Source: Tubiluchus corallicola (taxonomy: Eukaryota; Animalia; Priapulida). Taken from it: a DNA stretch of 64,000 bases. Positions 50,741 to 63,960 of this stretch are shown here, piece by piece; the stretch's first letter is position 1, and every line of letters starts with the position of its first letter. A program made the position numbers and the translations under genes. The notes beneath the pieces are model-generated. The model worked only from the letters and a program-made list of their open reading frames with translations. It had not been told where the DNA came from and made no database searches. Location: NCBI GenBank assembly GCA_030141605.1, contig JAQGDQ010000114.1, positions 248,001-312,000 on the forward strand. The letters run 5' to 3'.

Positions 50741-50916
50741 AGACATGAGAGAAATTGGGGGTTGTTAATTCTATTCAATTTCTTCATTCATTAACACATA
50801 AGTTTTAACTTTCTCGCATGTGAGGCAATAAAAATAAAGCTTAGGCAGTCTCACATTTCTTTGAAGTATGTCATACTCTTGGCAAGACATATTACACTTT
50901 ACATATTTCATTAATA

Positions 50917-51584
50917 CAGTGTTCCCTCACTACTTCGCGGTTCGTTTATCTCGGGTTTTCAAAAATATTAATGTAAAATATTTATCGCGATATTTTCGCT
51001 GTTTCGTGGGTTTTTGCGGTACCCCGTCTAAAGTATTTTTGCAAATGCGTAGTACGTATTGTAGAGTAATGTTTAGATTTGATGAATTTTGCATAAAAAA
51101 ATCACAAAATGTATAAAAATATGTTAAAAATATTAATTCTAACATGAAAAGAATATTATAAATCATAAAAAGTTACCATTTACAGTAAATAGTGTATTTA
51201 TTCGGCAGATGAATACACACCAAAAACTAAATGTAGTACTTGCACTCGCTTGAGATGCTACTTGCCGACGTGAGATTGTACACAACAATTTGTTTTCTTT
51301 CGCTGTGAGCAGCTACCCCTTCTCAGCTCTTCCATTTCATGCTAGCATCTGACTGTCGTGTGTGCGCAGTTTTCATCTGCGGTGTTGTGTACAGGTACAT
51401 GTACAGTATGGGAAAAGTTATTAAGGGAATGAGAAAGGGTTATGTATAAGAGTGTGGGGAGGGTTTATAAAGACTTAAAATAATGTATAACTACTAAAAT
51501 AAGTATAACGTCTCTACTTTGCGGAAATTCACTTATCGCGGGTGGGCCTGGAATGGAACACCCACGATAAGTGAGTGAACACTG
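50917..51584. mobile_element. Tc1/mariner (pogo/Tigger-like) MITE
   Basis: TA flanks; TIRs CAGTGTTCCCTCACT / AGTGAGTGAACACTG. Confidence 0.85.
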
Positions 51585-52644
51585 TATTACATGTGTATTA
51601 CAAAGCAAACTCAGCGTTCACATCTATATAACATTATCTGATCTTTTACTGATCTGATTTGACATATGGAACATACATCCACATTGGGAATGTCTTCATC
51701 AGACGATGACTCATCAGTCTCATGTAACATATTCAAAACAGTCTGAGAAAGCAGTTGTGGCATAGAATTAGCTTTAACTTTAAGAGCTCTTCTACTTTGG
51801 TTAAACAATAACTGAGTTGACTGCTGTGTATCTTTCAACTTCAGCTGGGGGGACATGATAAAAAACTGATAACAAAGTGTGCATAACTAGGACGACATAT
51901 AGCAAAGTATGACTAGGATGACATTTTTATGCAATGTCTGCCATATTTTCATTTCTTAAGAAATTACAAAAGGTTGATTAAAGTACTTAAAGGCTACATA
52001 CAAGAAGGCAAGTGACATTTTCAGCATCCCAGAGTCATAAATTAACTAGATCCACAGTCATTTGAAAATGACTGACGTTTAAAATAAAAAAAAAACTGTG
52101 ATTTAGGACGAGCACTGGAATCTTCCCTGCACACTATGCACAATGCAAGAATTCTGCAACCCGCTGCAGTATGAAAATCGGTAGCATCGTGGATTCTCAT
52201 ATCATGATCATTCTATTATTGTATTTATTATTACGTATACTTGTATGCCACAGTATTTTTGTGCTGTTGTGAATATAAACTGTCCTAAAATGAACTAAAC
52301 AAGCTAATCTGTTAATTTTCAAAAATTTAAATGGTGGTTTTCACAACTTGTCTGTAATTAATACATTGTTTATGTGAATAAAATAAAGACGATACAATAA
52401 AATATTACACATAAATGTTAGAAAAGCAAGAGAAAGGCACAACAGTTCCATGTGTATGTTCAATTAGTAGATTTTTTTTAGAAATTCCCATGTGTAGCAC
52501 AGTGGAAATATGTAATACTGCTACATCCTGATATCCAATCTTTCAGAATTAATGCACAGTTATTATAACTAATATATGATTTTTTTTATTTGTTCCGTAT
52601 TTTATTAAATTTGTTATATAGTTTGTTTATAGTATTAACGTACA

Positions 52645-52723
52645 ATGAAGCTAACTCCCGAGTTGATTCTCCAAGCTGGGCAATACATAAATCCTGTTGG
52701 TGATCGGGAACTAGATTTACGAG
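52645..52723 (+). CDS. SNRPA1: U2 snRNP A' (U2A'), coding exon 1
   Basis: MKLTPELILQAGQYINPVGDRELDLRG matches the U2A' N-terminus; G|gtaatt; upstream acceptor at 52631-52632. Confidence 0.93.
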
Positions 52724-54422
52724 GTAATTTGATTGTTTGATATTCTAGATCTAACTTCATTGCAAATCCTTTTTATTAAATTTCAGCATATTTGCATTCT
52801 TACAAGTTTACATAGTTAAACTATGGTATTTGTACAGTAGTTGTTGTCTACCTAATTTCTTTTTAGAAGGAACATTTTGCTTTATTTAGTTGTGCAGGAT
52901 TGTACATTGACAGCTCTTGTAGAGCTAGTGGTTTATGCTACAAAAGTTAGTTTTCTTATGCTGAGACTAACAAGCTTGTATAAAGTTAATTAACTGTCAT
53001 CGTTGTTCTCTTTCTGGTAAGGTTGAGGACTATTTGGATCATACATCTAGATGAATGTTTGGCAATTATTTTATTTTAACTTAATTAGCAGATGATAAGC
53101 TATTTTTCATATAATTTCTGTGTGCATTAGGCAATAAATTTATTGTGGAACAGTGGAAATCGAGGGCAATGGTAGGCAATAAAGTGTGCTTCAGTAATAA
53201 AAATTACGACAGAAAAAATAAATTGCACTGCAGTTAAACCTAGATTACATGTAATGTGCCATACATTTTGCAATCTTTTACCACTCTTGCTGTAGAATCG
53301 TTCTGTTTGCATCAAGCAAAAGCTTATGAAAATTTCTTTCAAAAATAATACAACTAATAAACAATTTAGTTGCCTTTTATCCTAGAGCCTGGATATTCCT
53401 AGATGTAGAACCACTGCTTATAAATCTTTTCTCCCTTGGGTTTTTTCTGTGGAATTATCTATCAAAAGATTGTTTCCTTGAATACTACAGCTTCACTTCA
53501 AGAAAATATCAACAGATACCTTCTATTATTATCATATTGACGTCAAGTGAATTGGTCTATCTCTCCACCTCCACTGTGATGCAAGCATGCGCATCGGCAT
53601 TCGGGACAGCGATCTATTTTTTTCTTTATTTAACTGATCATGTGCTCATCTGCAAGATTTATCCAGTTTTTGCATTTTTCTGTTTGTTAGGTTACAGAAA
53701 TGGAATAAATTTGATCGTTTTGTTCCAATAACCAACCTTATATCGTCTGCCTGCGTTACATATGTCCCAATGGCATCTTTTAACCATGATTATAACCAGA
53801 AAAATAGTGTAAAATCAGCTAATATTAGCGAATAGATATATAATATAAATTCTGACCACATTTGAATTAATTTGGACCGTGAAGATCTCATTGAGGTTTA
53901 TAAAAAGTGGCCAGAAAAGAAAACATTTTGCCTGAAAATTCTGAAAACGTTCCTAAATATGGGGTTTCTACGAGTGTGCTCACTTACTCATAATCATGAC
54001 ACTTGTCACAGATTCCCCTGGATGAGTTCTACTCTGAGGCTAGGCCTCAACTATTGCTGACCAAACCGACTAGGTTATTCTCTTCAACCTGCCAAACCTA
54101 CTTAGAGGTGTACAGGCTATAAGTTTTACATGCAGGTTAACCTTGAATCATTTATACCTGCTAACTCGGGCTTCCATGACCTGAAGTTATGAATTTCATC
54201 TCAACCCTGTTCAGGTAGGCCATTTGACATTTGCAAACATTGAAGCAGCATCATATGATCGGCCCAACCTCGTTAGGTTAATTTGTTCTTTTTTAAAGTT
54301 AATCGAATAGTTGTTTTCATCTAACTTGCAAAGTCAGAAACTAAACTGCATATTTTGTTGACAGCAAACGGTTTAATCAGCAACTCATAGACGTAAGCAT
54401 TGTGCATTTCTTCCTATAAGCA

Positions 54423-54975
54423 AAACTAGACTATGTATTACCACTAATTAATTTGCAATTTCAATTGGCAACAGTAAAATCTAGGACTAAGCCAATATTT
54501 CTCCCGCTAACTAATAAAAAGTTGGGCATTTTTCATAACAGTATTAGATGCAGCTGTAGCTAAATGTCCCGAACGTACCTGCATTAATTAAGCTCTGCAG
54601 GAATGCGAAATAACTTGTACGCTGATTGGGCCGTCGACGAAAATGATTGACGTTATTTTAGATGTCAATTCCGAATGCAGAATAAACCTGAATGTACTAT
54701 TTTATTTACTATTTCCTACAATAATAGAAACTAGACTGTATATTTTCCACTAATTCGCTTGCAATTTCAATCTATATTAATAAAATCTAGAACCAGTCCA
54801 ATATTTCTCCCTTTAACTGATTAAAAGTTGAGCGTTTTTCATGACAGTATTAGATGCCCGGCTATATGCTGCGGCAGCTAAATGTCTCAAAAGACCTTGC
54901 TCTAAATAAGCTCTGCAGGGGTGTGAAAAATCTGGCACAGTGATTGGGCAGTCAAAGAGAATGATTGACGTTATG
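54423..54975. repeat. Diverged direct duplication (about 235-250 bp units starting near 54423 and 54728)
   Basis: Both start AAACTAGACT and end ATGATTGACGTTAT with colinear internal blocks. Confidence 0.8.
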
Positions 54976-55171
54976 CTTGACATTAGTTATCTATAAAAAT
55001 TCTATTTCTCTGGTTATGTTTTCATACCTTCACCTTCTTACTGCAGCAGGAAAAGGTCCTTGAGCGATCATTGACCTTGTTTGTGGAGATTGTGTAACAA
55101 CGTTTTTATTTACACAATTAAAATTATTGTTACTAATCAGCATGTCTAATTCCATGATTTGTTTTTTACAG

Positions 55172-55212
55172 GTTACAAGATACCACAGATAGAAAATTTA
55201 GGAGCAACAATG
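55172..55212 (+). CDS. SNRPA1: U2A' exon 2
   Basis: GYKIPQIENLGATM; tttacag| ... |gtaaga. Confidence 0.93.
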
Positions 55213-55613
55213 GTAAGAAGGCATTATTAGTGATGAGAGTAATTTTTTGCAAGGTAGTAGCTAAATTAAAACAAGCTTATGTCTCATATTTAATGAATTA
55301 CTTGCTCAAAGGCACTTTATTAAAGCAAGTTTCACTTTGCATTTTCAAAGACATAAGACCATGCTACAATATTTAATGCCAGTCCTGTTAAAAGTATGCA
55401 TGATGATCAAACTTTCTAAATGCTGCTTTGTATTTTATAAGTGGTATAGAAACTTGCTACTAAATTTTAATCAGTTTTCTTTTTGTTTCTGTCATGCTAT
55501 GCTAAATATAGTAAAGAAGATTTTAAATTTTGATTGTTTATTTTAACTGAAAACTTTTGTTAGCCTAAGAGACTGATCATGAAGTTACTCTTTGTGTGTG
55601 TGTGTGTGTGTAG

Positions 55614-55720
55614 GATCAGTTTGACACGATAGACTTCTCTGATAATGATATACGAAAACTTGATGGATTTCCTCTGTTAAAACGACTAAAAAACCTTTTG
55701 GTGAACAACAACAGAGCTTG
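55614..55720 (+). CDS. SNRPA1: U2A' exon 3 (LRR)
   Basis: DQFDTIDFSDNDIRKLDGFPLLKRLKNLLVNNNR; |gtacgt. Confidence 0.95.
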
Positions 55721-56069
55721 GTACGTACGTTTTACTTGTTTCTAAGAATTACTTGTAAGAACTTCTAAAATTTGTGCTTATTACAGATAATGTACTAATA
55801 AGATGAAACATGTTTTACATGAAGGAAATTGAATAAACTGTGCGTGAGAAGCTTGCAGTCTTGTAAACTATATACTAAACAACTTGTTTTATAGTTGTTA
55901 ATGGAACTTTTTTAGTGCTTACAGCTTATACCTTCCTATTTTCAGTAATGGGTGGTAATGCATTACTGTAATCAGATAACTTTTTACAGTAATAAAAGTA
56001 AAGTAACTCCATTACTCTGGCTTAGTCTTTTGGTCAGGTTGCTTGTTACTTTGGCGGTGACACTACTAA

Positions 56070-57082
56070 AGCCGCGTTTCCACTGCGTCTGCACAGAAAC
56101 AGACTTTTCTGTCCACGCGTTTTATTTCTGCAAAAGTTGTTTTGATTGAATCCGCACTCATTCCGTAGCATTCTACACAAAATATCTTAGATGTGGTGGA
56201 ATTTTGGGCTTTCTAGAAGAAATAATCATTTGGCTTCGCAACGTCTGTTAAAGAAAAGCGCACATGGCCGATACACCAAGTGATTACATCGATTTTGAGT
56301 TCGAAAACAGTGAACAGCTAAGCGAATATCATCACATCGCAATAATGGATGAGGAAGATGTACCTAAATTAAGATTGCAACTTGCAACGTTCCACATTTT
56401 TGGAATTTAAATAGACTGGGTGTATTCATTTTGATTTGTTGAAAGAGAATTGTCATTGAAAGAGAAATAATTGTCGCATATAATTTGTATTGAAATTGAA
56501 ACATTATTGAAACTGAAGCATACATTGAAACTGTACAACTATACAATGTAAATGTAAGAACTCGCAATATTGTACAATAGCAATAGATCAACAGAACAAG
56601 TGGAAATACTGTAACAATTATGGTGTATAGGGACTATTTAGCGTGTGTAATTGTAAAATTGCCTTGAACAAGGAATCGCAAGACCAAGCTAAATTTTCAA
56701 AGCTTTAAAGAAAGAAGTAAATAATAAAAATGAAATGTTCAACATTCACAACTGACATCAAAAGCTATTTCAGTTGGCAGAGATTTTGTAAAGTATCTGT
56801 GACTACATTTAGGGGTACTCGTATCATAGAGGGGAAACCAAATTCTACAGCGTGTATAATTTATTCCTTTTTTATTATGAAAACGCACTTTTCCGTCTGC
56901 AGAAAAAAGGTTTGACAATTAAAGTGCGGATCCGTGCGAGTACGTGTCTTTCCATGCAGACGCAGTGGAAACAACATACACGCAAACAGTGATTTACAAA
57001 AGCGCACTATTGCTTCATTTCTTTTCCATGTGAGTCATAGAGAAAAAGTCCATGTCTGTGCAGGCGTAGTGGAAACACAGCC
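56070..57082. mobile_element. PIF/Harbinger-like non-autonomous element (about 1 kb)
   Basis: TAA on both flanks; TIRs GCCGCGTTTCCACTGCGTCTGCACAGA / TCTGTGCAGGCGTAGTGGAAACACAGCC. Confidence 0.8.
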
Positions 57083-57994
57083 TAAGCCTGCCTTACTTAT
57101 CTGTTTAAGAATAACATTTCAAACTTGGCTATTTCGATTGTTTCCTTGCTTATGTTTGTCTCTGCCACGCAGTACCTGTATACAGTTATTTACATTGCTC
57201 AATTAATGACTATTAACAACATTCAGATTGACAGCATCATAGAAACATCTACAGCCGTAGCGTACTTTACATCCAATGTTTCATCACGTGCATGGTTCAC
57301 ATACTGTAGGACGATGTAGGTAGTTTAGAAATTTAGTAAAGTCAGTAGCACAGCTATACACTATTGTGCATGTATGTGTTTTAGTTGTTTGCAATAGATG
57401 ATGGTAGAACGAATTAACTTAATGACAGATTTATGCATTTCACTAAAGCCAAACAGATGCACACTTTTCATCAAAGTGTCATTCAAGCTAGCACTGAAGT
57501 AATTTGTAATAATGACAAATTACTTTTTAAAAAGCAACAAACCTAACATTGCATATTTTTGTATTATCAGTATAGCACCACTTTGGTTTAATGGTAATAC
57601 TGTAATTAGAGTGACTTTGTGATTAATTGACCTGGTTGCTCCAGATAGAATGTTGTACATATTCTCGCATAAGATTTCTTAAGCTCACCTGTAGGTGAAT
57701 TAATCATGTCAATTTCGGGAAAATTACTTTAGGAACACTTTAGCATTGTCGTTTAGTTTAGGAACTAATTTTGTTTTATTAAACCCCAAAAGCAGCTGCT
57801 CTCTTATAGCACTATGCATCTTGAGTGGGAGAAGCCCTTTGCTTAATAAGAATAAGAATGATATCTAGTGAATGCTTTTGACTGTGTCAGAAATTGAGGT
57901 AAGATTCTGCTTCTGTGACCAAAGATTCTTTAAGTGTTGTTTTTTTTCATATTAACAAATATAAAATCTCTTTCAAAATAATTCGAAACAATAT

Positions 57995-58625
57995 GCAAAC
58001 AAGCACTGTTGTGCTCGACAAAATAATAGTTTCAATGAAATTTGAACTTGTCACTCTTTTATCTATGACACGTAGGTCATTACTACCTTCATGACTCTAA
58101 AAGTCACGATAAGGCCTCCATTAAATTTGTCCTGCTTGATTATCTAGTTATATGCATTTCATTTAAGTGAAATTGGAACTTTAGCTTTTTGACCCATAAT
58201 CTATGACCATGTCTCAAAGGTCAACCAATTTCAAGTTAATGTACACCAATCTATTTGTCTCACCAAGGCATTTTATTTGATATACTACAAAATACTAAAA
58301 TCTTAACATCGGTCTTAACGTTGCTGTATATTCATGACCTCGGGGTCAGCGGTCAGTCAACGTGGGCGTGATTCATACAGTTCTATTCATCTCATCAGCA
58401 TCTCTCATTTGATGTATTATTCTTGTTTGGCACTGTGATGCCATTCAGTTGGCTTCATCGAGACCTTTTGTTTCATTTACTAGACCAACTATTGCTTGTC
58501 TCTGGAAGAATTTATCACACTGACTTCCAATTTCAGCTTTTACCTCTTAGTGGGCTCTAGGTCGACCAAACTGCGCTTAATTTATACTATTCAATTTCTT
58601 CCATCGAGACCAGTAATTTTATGTA
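57995..58625. repeat. Degenerate satellite-like array of TGACC...GGTCA units (Helentron/HINE-like core)
   Basis: Recurrent ATGACC/AGGTCA motifs at roughly 110-120 bp spacing after an AAACAAG start; family assignment is inference. Confidence 0.4.
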
Positions 58626-58632
58626 TTCCAAG

Positions 58633-59204
58633 CAGTGATGAGTGAACCACGATCCTGCGGACCCATTTTTGCGGATATACTTTTGAAGATAAAGAATTAT
58701 GCAGACAAGATGCAGATCAAGAATTTGGCGGATTGGGTCTTTGCGGAATTTATTTTTCGTTAATGTTAATCCGCGCTAAATAACAATGTACACATTGTGG
58801 CAAGAAAATGACAGACTGACACTCATCACAAGCTACCAGGTTGAATAACAATGAAATGAACATTCAGCAAAATTAGCTAAAAATGTAGATTATTATGCAG
58901 ATTTGAATTAAAAATAGCCATGTAACAATTATTTTTATTTTTTATTTAACCCGCAGCACAAGTTCACATTTTGGGAACTTTACTTATTGATGTGGCCTGG
59001 GAGACCCATATGTGGCAAAAGCCGCAAACCGTATGTGGGTTGGAAATCTTGTGGATCAGAACGGATCGTGGATTTGAATTAATTTAATAGAGCGGCTGCA
59101 GATCGCTGTTATAAAAAAATGTGAATATTTAGCGGACTGCAGATTTCAAGGTTGCAGACCAAATTTTTTGCACAGCGGGAAATTTGTCGATCTGCTCATC
59201 CCGA
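58633..59204. mobile_element. hAT-like MITE with GCGGA subrepeats
   Basis: CAGTGATGAG ... CTCATCCCG imperfect TIRs; many GCGGAT/GCAGA motifs; no clear TSD. Confidence 0.5.
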
Positions 59205-59599
59205 TTCAAAGACACTGCACTCAACACTGGAAGCGCAGGTGCCCTCGGGTTCCCACTTAGGCTTTTGTTCCATGCGAAAATGTTTATTAATGCACATGGC
59301 CCATATTCAACTGTGCACATAAAACCTCAACCCTGCTTAGCCACATCCTAAAAATTGTAGTCCTGGCTCAAAAACTCATGGAGGTGGTGCAATCATGCAG
59401 AGTAATGAAAAAAGGAATCCCATGCACACCATTACCATTGATCGAGCGGGGTAGGTGACTGGACACTAATATACTTAAATTTCTTATCTAGGAAGGTGCC
59501 CTATGAGTTGTGTGATCCTAGCATTACATGTATGTGAGCTGGTGAAGCAAAAATCACAAGAATATAGATGATTAATAAAAAATTCCATTGTGGTATGTA

Positions 59600-60298
59600 C
59601 AGGGCCCGGCTCTACCACTAGTCATTTGCCTAGGGCGCCAAATTCTGGAAGTAATTCTTTAACTTTTAAGTTTAATATAAGTAAAATCATAGTGTATGTG
59701 TAATTCCTTAAGTGCGCAACACTAATTAATGAAACAAAGAAGGTGCATTATTTTCCTGTGAAAATGTATTATTAGTCAATGCCAGCAAGTGTCTCCCTGT
59801 AGCAAAACACTTTCTGTTTTTACTTTATGTGGTTTCCTAAGATTATGTCATTTCATGTAGACATTGATGACGCGTTACCCTGCTTGTGCTTACAGTTTTT
59901 ATATAAATGCTTATCGAATGACCCTTCCGTTAATAAAAACATTTTTACAAAATAGCATTTATGCAACTGTGGCAGATAAACCTATAAGAATCAGTCTTCA
60001 GGACAGGATACAGGAAACAAAAGGTAAAAAAAAACTGGTGAGTCATTTAGAGTAAAATGGGGTATAAATCATAAATCAAATTCAAGTAGCCATAAATTCA
60101 ATTAGCACAAGCTGTAGATAAGTAATTAACTTCACTTAATTAGTACACTATAATACGTGCATAAGCCCAACACACAGGTATCATTACACTTTATTATAAT
60201 ATTGTACAAAAAAATTCAATATTGGGAGCATGGTGTGTTCACAAGGATATTGTTAATTACTTTTGCTTAGGGCGTCATACTACCTATAGCCATCCCTG
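59600..60298. mobile_element. hAT-like MITE
   Basis: CAGGG...CCCTG ends with subterminal TAGGGCG motifs; TSD not preserved. Confidence 0.45.
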
Positions 60299-60751
60299 TG
60301 CTGTGAAGCTAAATCTTAATAAGTCTACCTATAAAAGAATGAAGCAATTCTGCACAACATTTTTGAAAAGCCAAGGTTAACTAAGTCTATATGGTATAAC
60401 ACACCATTAAACAGGAAAGGCCATGGCTCACCAGTAAATGCAAAGCATCAACATATCAGTTTCTGCAGTGTGTCGCAAATTGTCAGCACCAGCCGTACTT
60501 TTAACAAGCATACCTGACTTTCTGACTTTCTCGAAACGCAGCCTTTACTAATCTGTTGCGGTAGATGCGGTGTGCTTTTCCAATTCTCTAATTTCGCTAC
60601 CACCAGTTACCTTTGAAGGTATTTCCCTATTTCAGCATTTGTCTTCGTGTTCAGTGAATATTAATTTTGCATATAACTATGGTTTAATATCGTTTATATT
60701 ATGAATATAATTTTACTATTATTTTTTTACACTCACTGCTTCTTTTTCCAG

Positions 60752-60877
60752 CCGATTTGCAGAAGATTTAGAGCAGAATTTGCCTTCGCTAGAGTCTCTC
60801 ATATTATCAAATAACCTGGTTCAAGAATTGGGTGATATAGATCCATTGAGTTCCGTCAAATCACTTAGATCTCTCAG
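60752..60877 (+). CDS. SNRPA1: U2A' exon 4 (LRR)
   Basis: RFAEDLEQNLPSLESLILSNNLVQELGDIDPLSSVKSLRSL; phase 2/2. Confidence 0.93.
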
Positions 60878-61552
60878 GTTTGTTGATCTGTTTGCTAATA
60901 GATACAATCATTAATGTGTTTTAAATTATATTGTTAACTTTATTTTTACAGTTAATACTTTATGAATAAAATACAGAGAAGTAAGGTAGCTGGTATGGCC
61001 AAACAAAATGCGTTGCAGTGTAAATCATAGAATTGGCAACTGTTCTTGTTTTTATAGCTAGGTGTGCTAATTTTAACAATAAGAGCATGTACAAGCAAAC
61101 AGGTTAAACATACCATAATGTGTTCTATGGAATGCAAAATATAGACTTAAAGTTGAATAAATGAATTTGGAATTTGTGTAGTAGTCTAATATATGTTTAA
61201 TCACAAATACACTGGGGAAAGTAAGCTTTCAACAGAAACGTTATAGTTATGGGTGTAACATACTATAGTAACTGTACAATTTATTGTAAAAATAAATCAT
61301 TGGGCATTTGAAATTTTTTGGATTTATCTATATCCTACATCTAGAGAAAATATCTGAAACGTTCCTAGTGACGATAAGTGGTGTCCAAACCTCATTGTTA
61401 CTGTTTTTGTTGTAAATGCAAGACCTAATAGTATTTTTAATTAAACCAGGTCTGGTAAGGAAATTGCTTAGGTATCATGTAATTTCTTGCATCAATAATT
61501 ACTAATGAATCTGTAGCATCCAATTAACAGCATGACATTTTTATCATTTCAG

Positions 61553-61655
61553 TTTATTTAGAAATCCCATAACTCTAAAGAAACATTATAGAATGTATGT
61601 TATCTACAAACTGCCACAGTTACGGTTGCTTGATTTCCAGAAGATAAAGTTGAAG
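61553..61655 (+). CDS. SNRPA1: U2A' exon 5 (LRRcap)
   Basis: LFRNPITLKKHYRMYVIYKLPQLRLLDFQKIKLK; |gtaaga. Confidence 0.95.
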
Positions 61656-62498
61656 GTAAGAAAGTAATTTTAAAATTTATTAGTTTTATGTTTATCAAGA
61701 ATGCAGTATTTGCTTTTGTACAGTTTAATTATGTCTAGAATAGTGAACTCACTTTTTAATCATGAGTTTAATTGTTCTGAAATTAGAAAATAGGCTTTGT
61801 TCATTCAAGTTGCAATTTTTTGGTTGGTTTAGGCATTATCTTTATTAGCAGAATTTGTTATAAATTCAGCATTGAGATAGACAACTAAGTTGTGTTAGGT
61901 GGTTTGATTGTCATGTTCCCAAAAAACCTCTTTAATAGCCTCTAGACAATATTCTGATTTTAATGGCTTTTGCTAACATATTGGCCTTGTTAACTTTCAA
62001 CTTCTTGCTTATTACTAAAAAATGTAACTTTTGGGCTTATAACAATTTTTTTATTGGTCAGTCAGAACTTTTTTACAATTTGAATACCACAATCAATAAT
62101 ATATTAGGAAGTTACAAAACATTACTATAATGTTCTTATCTAAGTAAGACGTTGCTTTTGTCATCTTTAGCGTGCTTTTTGAATGTTAAATTTATCAACT
62201 AATTTTGGTTAGATAAAGACAGAATTTCTGCTTTTACTGCGCAAATTCATGTAAAAATACTACTATATAGTATGTAATACGTAGTTTGTAGTAGTATGGT
62301 AAATAGCTCATTATCATGATGACCGTACAATTGCTTACGTCCTACGAAATAAAGAAGTGATAGAATAATGTTTAGATATGTCAGCATCAGATCAGGTTAA
62401 CGTTAGTGTTTGAATTGAGTGCATGAGTTTTACTTAGTAATTTGAATGAGAAGGAGCTCATTCAATTCCACGAATCAATTTATTTTTCTTTCATGTAG

Positions 62499-62648
62499 GA
62501 ACGAGAGGCTGCAAAGGCATTGTTTAAAGGTAGAAGAGGTCTCGAATTAGTGAAAAACATTGTGAAGAAGTCAAAGACATTTGTCCCAGGAGAACCTGTT
62601 GAGGGCATACAAACTGGTCCCACACCAGAAGAAGTCAAAGCAATAAAG
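62499..62648 (+). CDS. SNRPA1: U2A' exon 6 (gene continues beyond the window)
   Basis: EREAAKALFKGRRG...SKTFVPG...EVKAIK; AAG|gtaatt. Confidence 0.92.
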
Positions 62649-63029
62649 GTAATTGTCATAAGCACATATTCGCATAACTTCTCAAGCTGTTGTGCACACT
62701 CTGCGGGCGCAATCTTGTATTCAGTGACATGACCCTCATTATCAAGAATAATTCTCTAAGATGAGATGTTGAATTGACAAAATAACTTAGTCGTGCTTTG
62801 ATGTGCATACTTTCTCCATTAACTGATGGTAGCCTAGCAATTACTATCTGCCTGTGATAATAAAAAAATGGGGAAAAATGTTTTTATCAATTGCATTCAT
62901 GTAGTCCAAGTATAATATGATAATAGGGTGATTGGCACTGACGCAAAGCAGAGGCCAACATTGTGTCTCTTCAGATTTCTATATTTTAGCTCAGTTTTAA
63001 AGGTTACTATAGTCTTGATACCCTCTTAC

Positions 63030-63595
63030 CACTTACTCGTCGACCACAAACTGTTGTTAAATGTTTCAAATCATCAGTTTGGCATTGGCGTACGATTTTA
63101 CAGTGGTTTTCGTCATATTTAATTGAAAGCTCACAGAACGTCTTAATTATTGCTTCTCTCTCAAAAAGTTTTTCTTTAGAATCTTATGTGTACCGCAAGG
63201 CTCTTATCTAGGGCCGCTTCGCTTTTCAGCATGTTCCAGTTTTTTGTTTATAATAGTAGACCAGTAGGCCCTATAAGCTCCAAATGTACGCCTATGCTGA
63301 AGATTCTCAGCTGTATTTGTGTTTTTGGATATTAAATAACATTTCCAAACAAGCTGCCCATAAGATTTTGAAAGACTATTTTGAACATATTAAGCAGTGG
63401 TTGATAGCTTTTAAACTCAAATTTAATGCAGGTAAAATTGAATTTTTGTTAATTGTCTCATGTACTCACCTGTCTAAAATGAAAAGTGGCTGTACTAAAT
63501 TTGGTAGAATTGATATCATGTCTTCTAATTTTGTTTGCAATCTTGAGGTATTGTTTGACAAAAACATGAGTATGGATTTACAAATCACAAATTAA
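63030..63595 (+). mobile_element. L2/CR1-group LINE RT fragment
   Basis: VDHKLLL, PQGSxLGP, YAEDSQLY, LKFNAGKIEFL motifs. Confidence 0.8.
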
Positions 63596-63759
63596 AAATT
63601 TGTATAAAATTTTTATAGTGGACGTCCTAGTACTTCAATGTATAATTACAACACAATTTCGATATTATTGTATCATAATTCTTTTATGGTGTTGTGGTAC
63701 ACGATGTAATTAGGTTCTGTAGGTTTACTGTTTTAAACTTATAAAAATCTTTCTTAAAA

Positions 63760-63960
63760 CACGTGTTTTAAGCACTTGCTTGACATTACATTAATCGGAA
63801 ATAGATTTCCTAGATATTCCCAGAAGGTTGTTCCGGAGAGCGAGACCTGCTACTGCTAAAGCCCTTTCACTTATAGTGACGTATCTAATACATGGAACAA
63901 GTAGTGCCTTGTTCGCAACATATCTGAGAGTATAACGGTTAGAGGTTACATATGATATCA
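63760..63960 (-). mobile_element. L2-like LINE 3' end
   Basis: Minus strand reads ERALAVAGLALRNNL, a decayed RAFSVAGPxLWNxLP motif. Confidence 0.6.

Noticed and set aside
55225-55560. C/D snoRNA candidates (TGATGA boxes) in SNRPA1 introns, also near 62317
   Set aside because: No suitably spaced CTGA with terminal stem or recognisable rRNA guide.
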